DNA of 64,000 nt from Bacillus subtilis subsp. subtilis str. 168 (GCF_000009045.1 NC_000964.3:3968001-4032000); one strand, 5' to 3'; positions 19,927 to 29,092 are shown, counted from the stretch's first letter. The notes: generated by a model from the sequence alone, not told the origin. Numbers and translations: made by a program.

Positions 19927-20763
19927 TTATTTAGATATATCCACAAACCCTTCGCCAAACACATCGCGTACGTCATGTACGATCACAAACGCTTTTTTGT
20001 CGCAGCTTCTAATGATTTTTTTCAGCATAGACAGCTCCTGTTTGTTAATGACGATATACAAAATCTCTTTTGACTGGCCCGTATAATTTCCCTTCCCTGA
20101 TAAAATCGTCACGCCCCGATCCATCAAGGTATTTACCTGCTCTGCAATCTCACTCTTATTTTCTGAAATGACCGTAATGGCTTTTTTCGTATTCAAACCT
20201 TCAATAATGAAGTCCATCACTTTGGTACCGATATACAGCATCACGATCGTAAACATCATTTTTTCTGCACCAATAATAAAATAAGAGCTAAATACTACGA
20301 TTAAATCAAAAAACAAGAGTGCATAGCTGATATTCCAGTCTAAATATTTATTAGCAATTCTGGCCAGAATCGCGGAACCGGCCGTCGTCCCGCCGACCCG
20401 GATAATCATGCCGATCCCGACTCCGGCAAATACACCTGCGAAAATCGTATTAATGATCAATTCATCAGACGGAATGCTCCACCCATGTGTCAGATGAAGA
20501 AAAAGCGAATTTGCCGCAACCGCAATGATCGTATAAACCGTTGTTTTTCCATCAAGAAACTTGTAGCCGATTAAAAGCAAAAACGCATTTAAGATAAAGT
20601 TCGTGACACCAGGAGACCATTGAAACAGATAATACAAAATCAGCGTAATCCCAGTGACTCCGCCTTCCCCAAGATCATTGGGAATCGCAAATAAATTAAC
20701 CGCAAGCGCGAAGAAAAAAGCGCCAATCACAAGCATAAGTACATCCAGCATTCTCTTTTTCAT
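19927..20763 (-). CDS. yxkD: YitT family membrane protein (DUF161/DUF2179)
   Basis: IPNDLGEGGVTG, GGTTAGS, RGVTIL.GKGNYT, DKKAFVIVHDVRDVFGEGF; ATG 20763 after AAGGAG. Confidence 0.88.
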   Translation of the reverse strand: MKKRMLDVLMLVIGAFFFALAVNLFAIPNDLGEGGVTGITLILYYLFQWSPGVTNFILNAFLLLIGYKFLDGKTTVYTIIAVAANSLFLHLTHGWSIPSDELIINTIFAGVFAGVGIGMIIRVGGTTAGSAILARIANKYLDWNISYALLFFDLIVVFSSYFIIGAEKMMFTIVMLYIGTKVMDFIIEGLNTKKAITVISENKSEIAEQVNTLMDRGVTILSGKGNYTGQSKEILYIVINKQELSMLKKIIRSCDKKAFVIVHDVRDVFGEGFVDISK

Positions 20764-20802
20764 CACGAAAACACTCCTTTTCATTGTTCTGTTCTAGCAA
20801 AT

Positions 20803-20940
20803 AAAAAAACCCAGGAGAACGCTCTCGAAAAAGAGCAGAAACTCCTGGGCTTTTATCCCACCGTGTCATAACAGCCAAGCTGCTATGTGTTTTCTCTCGG
20901 TCACAGTCCAATTTGCATTGCGGAACCCTAGAAAACCACT
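20803..20940 (-). ncRNA. ykkC/yxkD-family riboswitch (variant) with intrinsic terminator
   Basis: Minus strand GGTTTTCTAGGGTTCCG...GACTGTGACCGAGAGAAAAC...ACACGGTGGGATAAAAGCCCAGGAG; the 3' CCCAGGAG is the left arm of terminator CCCAGGAG...CTCCTGGG-TTTTTTT. Confidence 0.92.
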
Positions 20941-21059
20941 GTTTTTATCATATCCTTTTCACTTTCCAATATTAGCATTATAAGGGACGGTTCGAATTGG
21001 TTCAAGGGGTATTTGCGGAGTTTTCATCAGATAAGCTGGAAAAAAATACGATTTATCTA

Positions 21060-21086
21060 TTAAAAAAGAACAGATATAACCGATAA
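21060..21086 (+). promoter_or_regulatory. SigD-type promoter of yxkC
   Basis: TTAA-N15-ACCGATAA vs TAAA-N15-GCCGATAT. Confidence 0.6.
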
Positions 21087-21231
21087 GAAAAAAAGCATAT
21101 ATTTTACAAGCGAATGTAACTATAAATGATAATAATTATAAGAAATTCATAATTTTATATTGACTAAGAGAAATAATATAGGCATTATAGTACATATGTT
21201 TCGTACATTTTATTACATAGGAGGAAATATA

Positions 21232-21873
21232 ATGGCAGGAAAACTAGTACCCTGTAAAGCTTGCGGTCAAGAAATTGCAAAGGGTGTAAAAAAATGTCCT
21301 AACTGCGGTAAGGATCAACGTAACTTTTTTATGCGACATAAAATCATTACGTTTATTCTCGCAGTTGTTGTCATCATTATTATCGGTAATATGATTGGCG
21401 GCGGAGGCGGCTCAGAAGCCACTTCCAAAACATCAAGCAGCAGCAAAGCAGAAACTGAAAAAACATACAATATCGGTGATACCGTAAAAACTGAAAAAAC
21501 TGAAGTGACGGTTACGAAGGTAGAGGACAGAGATACTGTCGGTACTCAATATGTTGAAAAGAAAGCATCTGAGGGAGGTACAATTGTAGCTGTTCAATAT
21601 ACAATTAAAAACGTATCTAAAAAGCCGATTAGCTCTTTTTCAATTCCAACTGTTAAATTAGTTGATGCTGATGGTACTTCTTATGATTCTGATATTGATG
21701 CTTCTGTAAACTATGCAACTGAGACAAAAGTTGATAACTCTAAAATTTTGAGTGATCTAAATCCTAATATTAAAGTAACAGGTGTAAAAGCATTTGAAGT
21801 TGACAAGGAAGCTTATGCAAAAGGCACTTGGAAACTAAAATTCAGTAATGATGTTATTGTGAAAATCAAATAA
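21232..21873 (+). CDS. yxkC: Zinc-ribbon / TM / DUF4352-like surface protein
   Basis: ATG 21232 with AGGAGG RBS; CKACG...CPNCG, one TM, Ser/Gly linker, beta-rich C-terminal domain. Confidence 0.8.
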   Translation: MAGKLVPCKACGQEIAKGVKKCPNCGKDQRNFFMRHKIITFILAVVVIIIIGNMIGGGGGSEATSKTSSSSKAETEKTYNIGDTVKTEKTEVTVTKVEDRDTVGTQYVEKKASEGGTIVAVQYTIKNVSKKPISSFSIPTVKLVDADGTSYDSDIDASVNYATETKVDNSKILSDLNPNIKVTGVKAFEVDKEAYAKGTWKLKFSNDVIVKIK

Positions 21874-21878
21874 CAGCT

Positions 21879-21940
21879 AACAAGGGTGCCTGTTTAGGCA
21901 CCCTTGTTCTTTAAAAAAGGCCTTCTCAATTGAGAAGGCC
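21879..21940. terminator. Two adjacent hairpins between convergent yxkC and galE
   Basis: AACAAGGGTGCCT/AGGCACCCTTGTT and GGCCTTCTC/GAGAAGGCC. Confidence 0.75.
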
Positions 21941-21947
21941 TCCATTC

Positions 21948-22967
21948 TTATTCCGCACTCTTATACCCATTCACATTAGAAGACTGCCATCTCCAGGAAT
22001 CAGCACACATTTCCTCAAGGCCGCGTTTCGCTTCCCAGCCTAGTTCTCGCTTGGCTTTCGCAGGATCTGCAAAGCATGTGGCGATGTCTCCCGGACGGCG
22101 GTCCGCAAAACGGTATGGAACCTCTTTCCCTGACACTTTTTCAAAGGCTTTGACCATTTCCAGCACGCTGTAGCCTGTGCCTGTTCCAAGGTTGTATGCA
22201 TCGGCTCCTGTAGAGTTCAATACTTTTTCCAGCGCCTTGACGTGGCCTTCTGCGAGATCAACGACGTGAATATAATCGCGTACGCCTGTCCCGTCTTTTG
22301 TCGGATAGTCATTTCCGAATACGCTTAATTGCTCGAGCTTCCCGACTGCTACCTGTGCCACATACGGCATAAGGTTATTTGGGATTCCGTTCGGGTCTTC
22401 ACCGATCCGTCCGCTTGGATGCGCGCCGAACGGGTTAAAGTAACGAAGCAGCGCAACGCTCCACTCATTGTCGGCTGTATGCAAATCACGCAATATTTGT
22501 TCAAGCATGAGCTTCGTCTGCCCATAAGGATTTGTCGCGCCTAATGGAAAGTCTTCCGTAATCGGCGATGTTTCCGGAACGCCGTATACTGTCGCAGATG
22601 AACTGAATACGATTTTCTTGACGCCGTATTTCTCCATGGCCTCGCATAAAATAAACGTTCCTGTCAAATTGTTATGATAATATTTGAGGGGAATCGCCAC
22701 AGATTCGCCGACTGCTTTTAACCCTGCAAAATGAATCACAGCTTCGATTTCATTTTCAGCAAAAACGGAATCTACCGCTTCCCGGTCCAATAAATCCGCT
22801 TCGTAGAACGTTAAATCTTTTCCTGTAATCTCCTTGACACGGTTCAGCGCTTCAGCTGAACTGTTGGACAGATTATCAAGAACAACAATCTCGTAGCCGC
22901 TGTTCAATAGTTCAACACATGTGTGGCTGCCAATGTAACCGGCACCGCCAGTAACAAGTATTGCCAT
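21948..22967 (-). CDS. galE: UDP-glucose 4-epimerase
   Basis: [39 protein letters not shown]. Confidence 0.97.
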   Translation of the reverse strand: MAILVTGGAGYIGSHTCVELLNSGYEIVVLDNLSNSSAEALNRVKEITGKDLTFYEADLLDREAVDSVFAENEIEAVIHFAGLKAVGESVAIPLKYYHNNLTGTFILCEAMEKYGVKKIVFSSSATVYGVPETSPITEDFPLGATNPYGQTKLMLEQILRDLHTADNEWSVALLRYFNPFGAHPSGRIGEDPNGIPNNLMPYVAQVAVGKLEQLSVFGNDYPTKDGTGVRDYIHVVDLAEGHVKALEKVLNSTGADAYNLGTGTGYSVLEMVKAFEKVSGKEVPYRFADRRPGDIATCFADPAKAKRELGWEAKRGLEEMCADSWRWQSSNVNGYKSAE

Positions 22968-23081
22968 GATGTAAACCCTCCTAAAAAATGACCTGTTTTC
23001 ATTATATAGTGTTTAGAACCGGTCCACATCCATTTTTAAGAAGTTTAATCGTTTATTAATAGTTTTTTCATATTTTTTAGC

Positions 23082-23588
23082 TTAAACCCTTGCCAGCAAT
23101 TCGATAGAGGTTTCAGCAAGAATGTGCTCTTTCATTTCTTGATAGAGCTCATTCAAGTAAAAGCCCGGCTGAAGATTCAGCTCAGCATCTAAAGCATAGA
23201 CCGTCAATGTATACGCATGATCCTTGTCAGGCGGTGTCGGCCCGCAATACTGGTGAATCACCTTTGGATCGTTGCTTCCCGCAAGCGGTGAAGCAAAGCT
23301 GTTTTGCCCTTGTATCATCAAGTCCTGTCTTTCCTCACTCGCATGTTCAGGAAGCTCTCCGATGTAAGCCGGAATATTAGCCGCTGTCCAGTGAATCCAG
23401 CTGAATCCGCATACGGGAATGGCGTCATGATCGATGAAAGTAAGTGCGAGCGTCTTTGCTCCGGACGGGATGTCATCAAAATGAATTGGAAAGGATACAA
23501 ATGGGTTTCCTTCTCTCTTATATTTTTCATCCGCGTATTTTGAATACTTGTCATGTAAATATGGATTTGCTTCTACGTATATGTTCAT
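23082..23588 (-). CDS. yxkA: YbhB/YbcL (PEBP/RKIP-like) protein
   Basis: D.DAIP...WIHW...N, YCGPTPP...HAY...VYALD. Confidence 0.88.
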   Translation of the reverse strand: MNIYVEANPYLHDKYSKYADEKYKREGNPFVSFPIHFDDIPSGAKTLALTFIDHDAIPVCGFSWIHWTAANIPAYIGELPEHASEERQDLMIQGQNSFASPLAGSNDPKVIHQYCGPTPPDKDHAYTLTVYALDAELNLQPGFYLNELYQEMKEHILAETSIELLARV

Positions 23589-23675
23589 ATGAATCCCTCT
23601 CTCTATTTTCTCGTTCTATAGGTATACTAAACGAATCGATGTATAATCAGTGATAAACAAATACGCATGTAAACG

Positions 23676-23688
23676 TAACAATTTGTTA
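23676..23688. promoter_or_regulatory. Putative LysR recognition site (T-N11-A palindrome)
   Basis: TAACA-ATT-TGTTA between divergent yxkA and yxjO. Confidence 0.55.
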
Positions 23689-23717
23689 TGGATAACTTGC
23701 AGTGAAGGAGATATTTC

Positions 23718-24593
23718 ATGGATTTAAAATGGCTGCAAACCTTTATTGCCGCAGCGGAATCAGAGAGCTTCAGGGAGGCGGCTGAGCATCTGTATCTCAC
23801 ACAGCCTGCCGTTTCTCAGCATATGAGGAAATTGGAAGATGAACTGGACATGAGGTTGTTTTTGCATAGCGGAAGACGAGTCGTACTGACTGACGAAGGC
23901 AGGCTCTTTTTGCCTTATGCCAAAGAAATGATCCATGTTTACCAAGCTGGAAAGCAGAAAGTCAGTCAATGGAAACAGGGGTACAGCCGATCACTCACGC
24001 TGGCCGTACACCCCTACATTGCGTCCTATATCTTGCCTCGCTTTCTGCCAGCCTATATCCAAAAACATCCGCATGTCGAGCTTTCAACTCATGTGGCTGG
24101 ATCTGACGCTATTAAACAAGCGGTGGAACACAATGAAGCTGATATTGGTTTGTCGCGGAAAGACCCGAACACCAACACTCTTTATTATCAGCATATATGC
24201 GAAGGTACGCTTTGTCTGGCGGCTCCTTTCCAAGAAAGCAGACCGGATGCTGCATCCGTCTTAACCCGCTATCGGCTGCTAACGCATGATCATCCGTCAT
24301 ATGGGGATGCCTTTTTAGATAACATCCGATCACATTACCCGTATCTTCAAATGATGGCTGTCGGGCAGACGGATACGGCTGTCCACATGATGAAAGCGGG
24401 AATGGGGGCATCTTTCCTCCCTACCTACATTATCAAACAGGAAGAAGCCGAAAAAAAGCTGATGGCTGTCAGCACGCCTGCACATCTAGAATTGCCTGCG
24501 TCCCAAACGTTTATGATGTGGAAAAGAAACAGCGAAGACATTCAGCATTTTCACGCCATGTTACATGACTTTATGCAGCGCGAACAAGTATAG
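23718..24593 (+). CDS. yxjO: LysR family transcriptional regulator
   Basis: SFREAAEHLYLTQPAVSQHMRKLE...LTDEG. Confidence 0.93.
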   Translation: MDLKWLQTFIAAAESESFREAAEHLYLTQPAVSQHMRKLEDELDMRLFLHSGRRVVLTDEGRLFLPYAKEMIHVYQAGKQKVSQWKQGYSRSLTLAVHPYIASYILPRFLPAYIQKHPHVELSTHVAGSDAIKQAVEHNEADIGLSRKDPNTNTLYYQHICEGTLCLAAPFQESRPDAASVLTRYRLLTHDHPSYGDAFLDNIRSHYPYLQMMAVGQTDTAVHMMKAGMGASFLPTYIIKQEEAEKKLMAVSTPAHLELPASQTFMMWKRNSEDIQHFHAMLHDFMQREQV

Positions 24594-24670
24594 AGCTGAA
24601 AAATCAATCTGCCGGTTGACGTTTTTCTTTCCTATTTTCGCTATGCTTAATGCAGAAAGGATTTGATGAC

Positions 24671-25144
24671 ATGGCGATGAGCCCTTATATTTTTATTGTA
24701 TTGATTCTTATTATTTTATCGATGTATCGAGAAAGAACGGTAAAGCCCGGGAAGTTGCTGATCATTCCACTGTTGCTCTTATGGGGCGTATCTGCATCGT
24801 TTCAGCCGGCGTATTTTCATTCCGTATTACATGTGGCGATCAGCGGCATTTTATTACTGATCGGGCTGGCCTGCGGGTTTGGCATTGGGAAGATGGTAAA
24901 TGTACGGATTCACCCGGAAACCGGAAAGGTCACTTCACGCGGCTCACTTGGGAGTGTTATCCTCATTCTAGTGATACTTTCTTTGCGCATGGCCGCGAGA
25001 ACATGGCTGCCTGAGAGCAACGAGATGTTTATTGCCATTATTCATTCTATGTTCTTCGTTCCCCTCGGCACCATCACAGCCCGCAACATCATGCTTTACA
25101 AAGCATACAGACGACTGACCGCTGGCAAAGTATCCATTCAATAA
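24671..25144 (+). CDS. yxjN: DUF1453/CcdC-like membrane protein
   Basis: About 5 TM, R.V.P.KLLIIPLLL; ATG 24671 after AAAGGA. Confidence 0.75.
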   Translation: MAMSPYIFIVLILIILSMYRERTVKPGKLLIIPLLLLWGVSASFQPAYFHSVLHVAISGILLLIGLACGFGIGKMVNVRIHPETGKVTSRGSLGSVILILVILSLRMAARTWLPESNEMFIAIIHSMFFVPLGTITARNIMLYKAYRRLTAGKVSIQ

Positions 25145-25161
25145 CCGAAAGAAGGACCAGC

Positions 25162-26382
25162 ATGAACGGACAAACTCCGGCTCGGCACTACTACAAGAAG
25201 CTTGTGCCGAGCCTTATTCTCATTTTGAATTGCATACAATTTTTATCTCATCCAACTAAGGCTGATCCCATTTTGTTAGCATTTGTATTTGCGGTATACT
25301 TAGCATTCATTTGGATCATTCCCTATGTGGCATCCACTGCTGTTAGTTTGAGCATATTCATCGGACTCTGGCTCCTGACCGATTTCTTTTGGGCTGTTTC
25401 CGGCCAAGAGCAGGGTGCCGCCTATTTTTTGATTGTATTTTTAATGATATATGCCGCCTTTAGACTCCCTTCACGGCTATCCTTGATCTTCACAGCATGT
25501 TTAATTGGAGGCAACATATTACTCCTATCCTCACAAGGGGGAAGCTTGAATACCATCATCAGCAACATCTCGATCATGCTCGGTCTGTACGTCCTCTTCT
25601 CCTCCATGCGTTTCAGACGAGAAGCGAGAAGGGAGGCTGAACGGAATCATGCTGAATTGGCAAAAATGCATGTGCAGCTGGAGCATGCTCATAAAGAACT
25701 CCAGAAAGCGCATGCAGAGCTGCAGGAGGCTTCTGTTCTTTCATTAAGGTACGCGGTCCTTGAGGAACGTACAAGAATTGCCCGCGACATTCATGACAGC
25801 ATCGGTCACGAGCTGACTTCTGTGATTGTTCAGCTTCAATCCCTTCCCTATATCCTTAAAAGCAGCAAGGAGGATTCAGAAAAAGTCATTCAAAATGTAC
25901 TGAGTGTCGCCAGGGAGTGTCTTCAAGAAGTGCGGTCTGTTGTTCACCAAATGGGCCGTAGTGAATCGATGGTGGGGCTTACCGCTTTGCGGGGGCTCAT
26001 TCATCAAGTGGAGGAACGGAGCGGCTTGCACGTTTCTTTAGATACTGCCGGACTGTCAGAAGAGTCTTGGCCTCCAAACGTGAGCGAAACGATCTACCGC
26101 ATCTTGCAGGAAGCGCTGACCAATATCATTCGTCACGCTGACGCTTCTCATGCGGCGGCCGTCATTTCTAATGACAAGTCCCATCTCTATGTCACAATCA
26201 CCGACGACGGACAATTCACCGGCAGCCTTACTTATGGATTTGGCCTGACAGGAATGAAAGAGCGCGCAGAAAAAGCAGGCGGTTCCCTTACTTTCAGTGC
26301 CGTACAGCCGAGCGGCCTGAAAATTGAGCTGTCATTGCCGCTCATGACAACGAATAAGGAGCAAAAAGATGAACAAAGATAA
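25162..26382 (+). CDS. yxjM: Membrane histidine kinase, HisKA_3 (DesK/LiaS-like)
   Basis: EERTRIARDIHDSIGH, RILQEALTNIIRHA, DDG, GFGLTGMKER. Confidence 0.93.
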   Translation: MNGQTPARHYYKKLVPSLILILNCIQFLSHPTKADPILLAFVFAVYLAFIWIIPYVASTAVSLSIFIGLWLLTDFFWAVSGQEQGAAYFLIVFLMIYAAFRLPSRLSLIFTACLIGGNILLLSSQGGSLNTIISNISIMLGLYVLFSSMRFRREARREAERNHAELAKMHVQLEHAHKELQKAHAELQEASVLSLRYAVLEERTRIARDIHDSIGHELTSVIVQLQSLPYILKSSKEDSEKVIQNVLSVARECLQEVRSVVHQMGRSESMVGLTALRGLIHQVEERSGLHVSLDTAGLSEESWPPNVSETIYRILQEALTNIIRHADASHAAAVISNDKSHLYVTITDDGQFTGSLTYGFGLTGMKERAEKAGGSLTFSAVQPSGLKIELSLPLMTTNKEQKDEQR

Positions 26383-27025
26383 AATACGCGTAGCGCTTGC
26401 CGATGATCAGCCGCTTGTGCGTGAAGGCTTCCGCTACGTCATCAACGCACAGACGGATATGACGGTTTCTGGCGAGGCCGGCGACGGTCACGATATTATA
26501 GCACTCGCAAAACAAACAAAACCCGATGTCATCCTCATGGATGTCCAGATGCCGCGTTGCTCAGGCATCGAAGCGGCGAAAGACATTATGTCCGCACTTC
26601 CAAATACAAAGATAGTCATTTTAACCACCTTTGACACGGAAGAATACGTATTTGAAGGCATCCGTGCGGGCGCAGTCGGCTATCTGCTGAAGGATACACT
26701 TCCTGAGGAGTTGATAGATGCGATTCGCGCTGCGGCCAGAGGCGAGGCGATTTTCCGTACAGTCACAGCTGCTAAAATCATCAGTGAGACATTTCGGGCG
26801 AAACAGCAAACTCATGCCGAAGAACTGGCAGAGCCGTTCACCAAAAGAGAGCTTGAGGTTCTTCAGCAAATGGCCTACGGACTGAGAAATGAGGATATTG
26901 CTGAAAAGCTTTTCGTCAGTGAAAGCACTGTGAAAACCCACGTGCACCGCATCCTGCAAAAATGCAATGCCCAAGACCGGACACAGGCAGTCGTTTTTGC
27001 CATTCGAAACGGTATTGTGCAATAG
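26369..27025 (+). CDS. yxjL: NarL family response regulator
   Basis: LADD, DVILMDVQMP, LTTF, FTKRELEVL...KTHVHRILQK. Confidence 0.94.
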   Translation: MNKDKIRVALADDQPLVREGFRYVINAQTDMTVSGEAGDGHDIIALAKQTKPDVILMDVQMPRCSGIEAAKDIMSALPNTKIVILTTFDTEEYVFEGIRAGAVGYLLKDTLPEELIDAIRAAARGEAIFRTVTAAKIISETFRAKQQTHAEELAEPFTKRELEVLQQMAYGLRNEDIAEKLFVSESTVKTHVHRILQKCNAQDRTQAVVFAIRNGIVQ

Positions 27026-27074
27026 AAATCTCTCATCCCGCCATGCTAAAATAAGACAAAGGAGATGATTGGAA

Positions 27075-28307
27075 ATGAAAGAAGAAATCATTGAACGGTT
27101 TACTACATATGTAAAAGTCGATACACAGTCCGATGAATCCGTTGACACTTGTCCTTCCACACCCGGCCAATTGACATTAGGAAACATGCTAGTTGATGAA
27201 TTGAAGTCCATCGGCATGCAGGATGCAGCCATTGATGAAAACGGCTATGTCATGGCAACTCTTCCCTCCAATACTGAAAAAGACGTGCCGACAATCGGCT
27301 TTCTCGCTCACGTCGACACCGCTACAGACTTTACCGGCAAAAATGTGAATCCGCAAATCATCGAAAGCTATGATGGAAAAGACATCGTTCTTAACGAACA
27401 GCTGCAGGTCACCCTGTCACCTGATCAATTCCCTGAGCTGTCCGGCTATAAGGGCCATACACTCATCACCACAGACGGCACCACCCTTCTCGGCGCAGAC
27501 AATAAGGCCGGTATCGCTGAAATCATGACAGCCATGGATTACCTCATCAAACACCCTGAAATCAAGCACGGCACAATCAGAGTCGCCTTTACGCCTGATG
27601 AAGAAATCGGAAGAGGGCCGCACAAATTTGATGTGAAACGGTTCAATGCATCCTTTGCCTACACGGTTGACGGCGGGCCGCTCGGCGAGCTTGAATATGA
27701 AAGCTTCAATGCCGCTGCCGCAAAAATTACGATTAAAGGCAACAACGTACATCCCGGAACAGCTAAAGGAAAAATGATCAACTCTGCGAAAATCGCGATG
27801 AAGCTGAACAGCCTGCTGCCGGCAGACGAAGCGCCTGAATATACGGAAGGTTATGAAGGCTTCTACCACCTGCTGTCGATTCAAGGAGACGTAGAGGAAA
27901 CAAAGCTCCACTACATTATCAGAGACTTTGACAAAGAGAATTTCCAAAACAGAAAAGAAACAATGAAGCGTGCCGTTGAAGAACTTCAAAACGAATACGG
28001 GCAAGACCGGATTCTGCTGGATATGAACGACCAATACTACAACATGAGAGAGAAAATTGAACCTGTCATCGAAATCGTCAACATTGCCAAGCAAGCGATG
28101 GAAAACCTCGGCATCGAACCGAAGATTTCCCCCATCCGCGGCGGAACCGACGGATCACAGCTGTCCTACATGGGGCTTCCGACGCCAAACATCTTTACAG
28201 GCGGGGAAAACTTCCACGGCAAATTTGAATACATCTCAGTTGACAACATGGTCAAAGCCGTAAATGTCATCGTTGAGATTGCAAAGCAGTTTGAAGCGCA
28301 AGCATAA
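27075..28307 (+). CDS. pepT: Peptidase T (tripeptide aminopeptidase)
   Basis: [37 protein letters not shown]. Confidence 0.96.
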   Translation: MKEEIIERFTTYVKVDTQSDESVDTCPSTPGQLTLGNMLVDELKSIGMQDAAIDENGYVMATLPSNTEKDVPTIGFLAHVDTATDFTGKNVNPQIIESYDGKDIVLNEQLQVTLSPDQFPELSGYKGHTLITTDGTTLLGADNKAGIAEIMTAMDYLIKHPEIKHGTIRVAFTPDEEIGRGPHKFDVKRFNASFAYTVDGGPLGELEYESFNAAAAKITIKGNNVHPGTAKGKMINSAKIAMKLNSLLPADEAPEYTEGYEGFYHLLSIQGDVEETKLHYIIRDFDKENFQNRKETMKRAVEELQNEYGQDRILLDMNDQYYNMREKIEPVIEIVNIAKQAMENLGIEPKISPIRGGTDGSQLSYMGLPTPNIFTGGENFHGKFEYISVDNMVKAVNVIVEIAKQFEAQA

Positions 28308-28311
28308 CGCC

Positions 28312-28343
28312 AAAAGCCAGTCCAAAAAAGGACTGGCTTTTTT
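28312..28343 (+). terminator. pepT terminator
   Basis: AAAAGCCAGTCC-aaaaaa-GGACTGGCTTTTTT. Confidence 0.88.
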
Positions 28344-28352
28344 GTGTGAAAA

Positions 28353-28379
28353 TGAAACATTTTAAACACGTCCTCCGTA
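28353..28379 (+). promoter_or_regulatory. Putative ECF (SigW/SigM-type) promoter for the 28412 small ORF
   Basis: TGAAAC-N17-CGTA (canonical spacing is 16). Confidence 0.5.
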
Positions 28380-28411
28380 AAACAAGTATCAACAAATGAG
28401 GAGGAAAAACA

Positions 28412-28540
28412 ATGACAAAACATGCAATCGCTGCCAAGAGTCTCTTGAAAAAATGGATCATTTCCAGGCCGCTTAACATGAAAAAGAAATCCAGCCCATT
28501 TCAAAAAATCAGAAAAATGTTCAAACGCTTCTTCAAATAA
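28412..28540 (+). CDS. 42-aa cationic amphipathic peptide, function unknown
   Basis: GAGGAGG RBS (28398-28404), ATG 28412; MTKHAIAAKSLLKKWIISRPLNMKKKSSPFQKIRKMFKRFFK; below the ORF-track length cut-off. Confidence 0.7.
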   Translation: MTKHAIAAKSLLKKWIISRPLNMKKKSSPFQKIRKMFKRFFK

Positions 28541-28582
28541 AACATCAAATCCCCTAAATACAATCCGTATTCACCCGTACCG

Positions 28583-28610
28583 CCCAAATGCTCCGTAATT
28601 TGGGTTTTTT
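28583..28610 (+). terminator. Terminator after the 42-aa ORF
   Basis: CCCAAAT-gctccgta-ATTTGGG-TTTTTT. Confidence 0.65.
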
Positions 28611-28612
28611 GT

Positions 28613-28636
28613 GTTCAATTCCGCAAAATAGGGTAT
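28613..28636 (+). promoter_or_regulatory. Putative SigB promoter upstream of yxjJ
   Basis: GTTCAA-N12-GGGTAT. Confidence 0.55.
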
Positions 28637-28828
28637 AAACCAAACAAGCAAGAAAACAGCACCCAAAAACAGGTAATTCGAATTACGTAAACTTAGGTTA
28701 AAAGTTATATAAAGGAATTTATTTTATCGTCGATAGTAACTATAGAACCAATCATCAACAAGAGCAAACAGCGTAATTCAAGACTATTTTCAGGTCATCA
28801 GGTAATACTGTTTTAGAGGGACAGTTTC

Positions 28829-29092
28829 TTGTTATTTATTGATTTAGAATTTTTTGAATACTTTTTGGCATTTTATCCGTACAATAGAGAGTACCAAAAC
28901 TTTTTTTGGGAGGTATGTAATATGATCCTATTTATTATCATCGCATTATGCGGCTATCTTCTTTTTTCTTTCAGCAAGGACAATCGCCGCAAACCGCAAA
29001 AGACAAGCCCTCTGCCAGCAGCCGCACCTCATCACAACAACCTAATCGACCTTGACGCCATCCGCCAAAAACGCCGGATGCATCTTTCCTAA
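28829..29092 (+). CDS. yxjJ: Small single-TM protein (alternative start 28922, 56 aa)
   Basis: TTG 28829 with AGAGGGA, and in-frame ATG 28922 with GGGAGGT; hydrophobic MILFIIIALCGYLLFSF then basic tail. Confidence 0.7.
   Translation: MLFIDLEFFEYFLAFYPYNREYQNFFWEVCNMILFIIIALCGYLLFSFSKDNRRKPQKTSPLPAAAPHHNNLIDLDAIRQKRRMHLS

Noticed and set aside
27417-28094. 225-aa minus-strand ORF antisense to pepT (also 30542-31105, 45930-46496, 49871-50404, 26621-27232)
   Set aside because: Shadows of well-supported genes on the other strand; no RBS or motifs.
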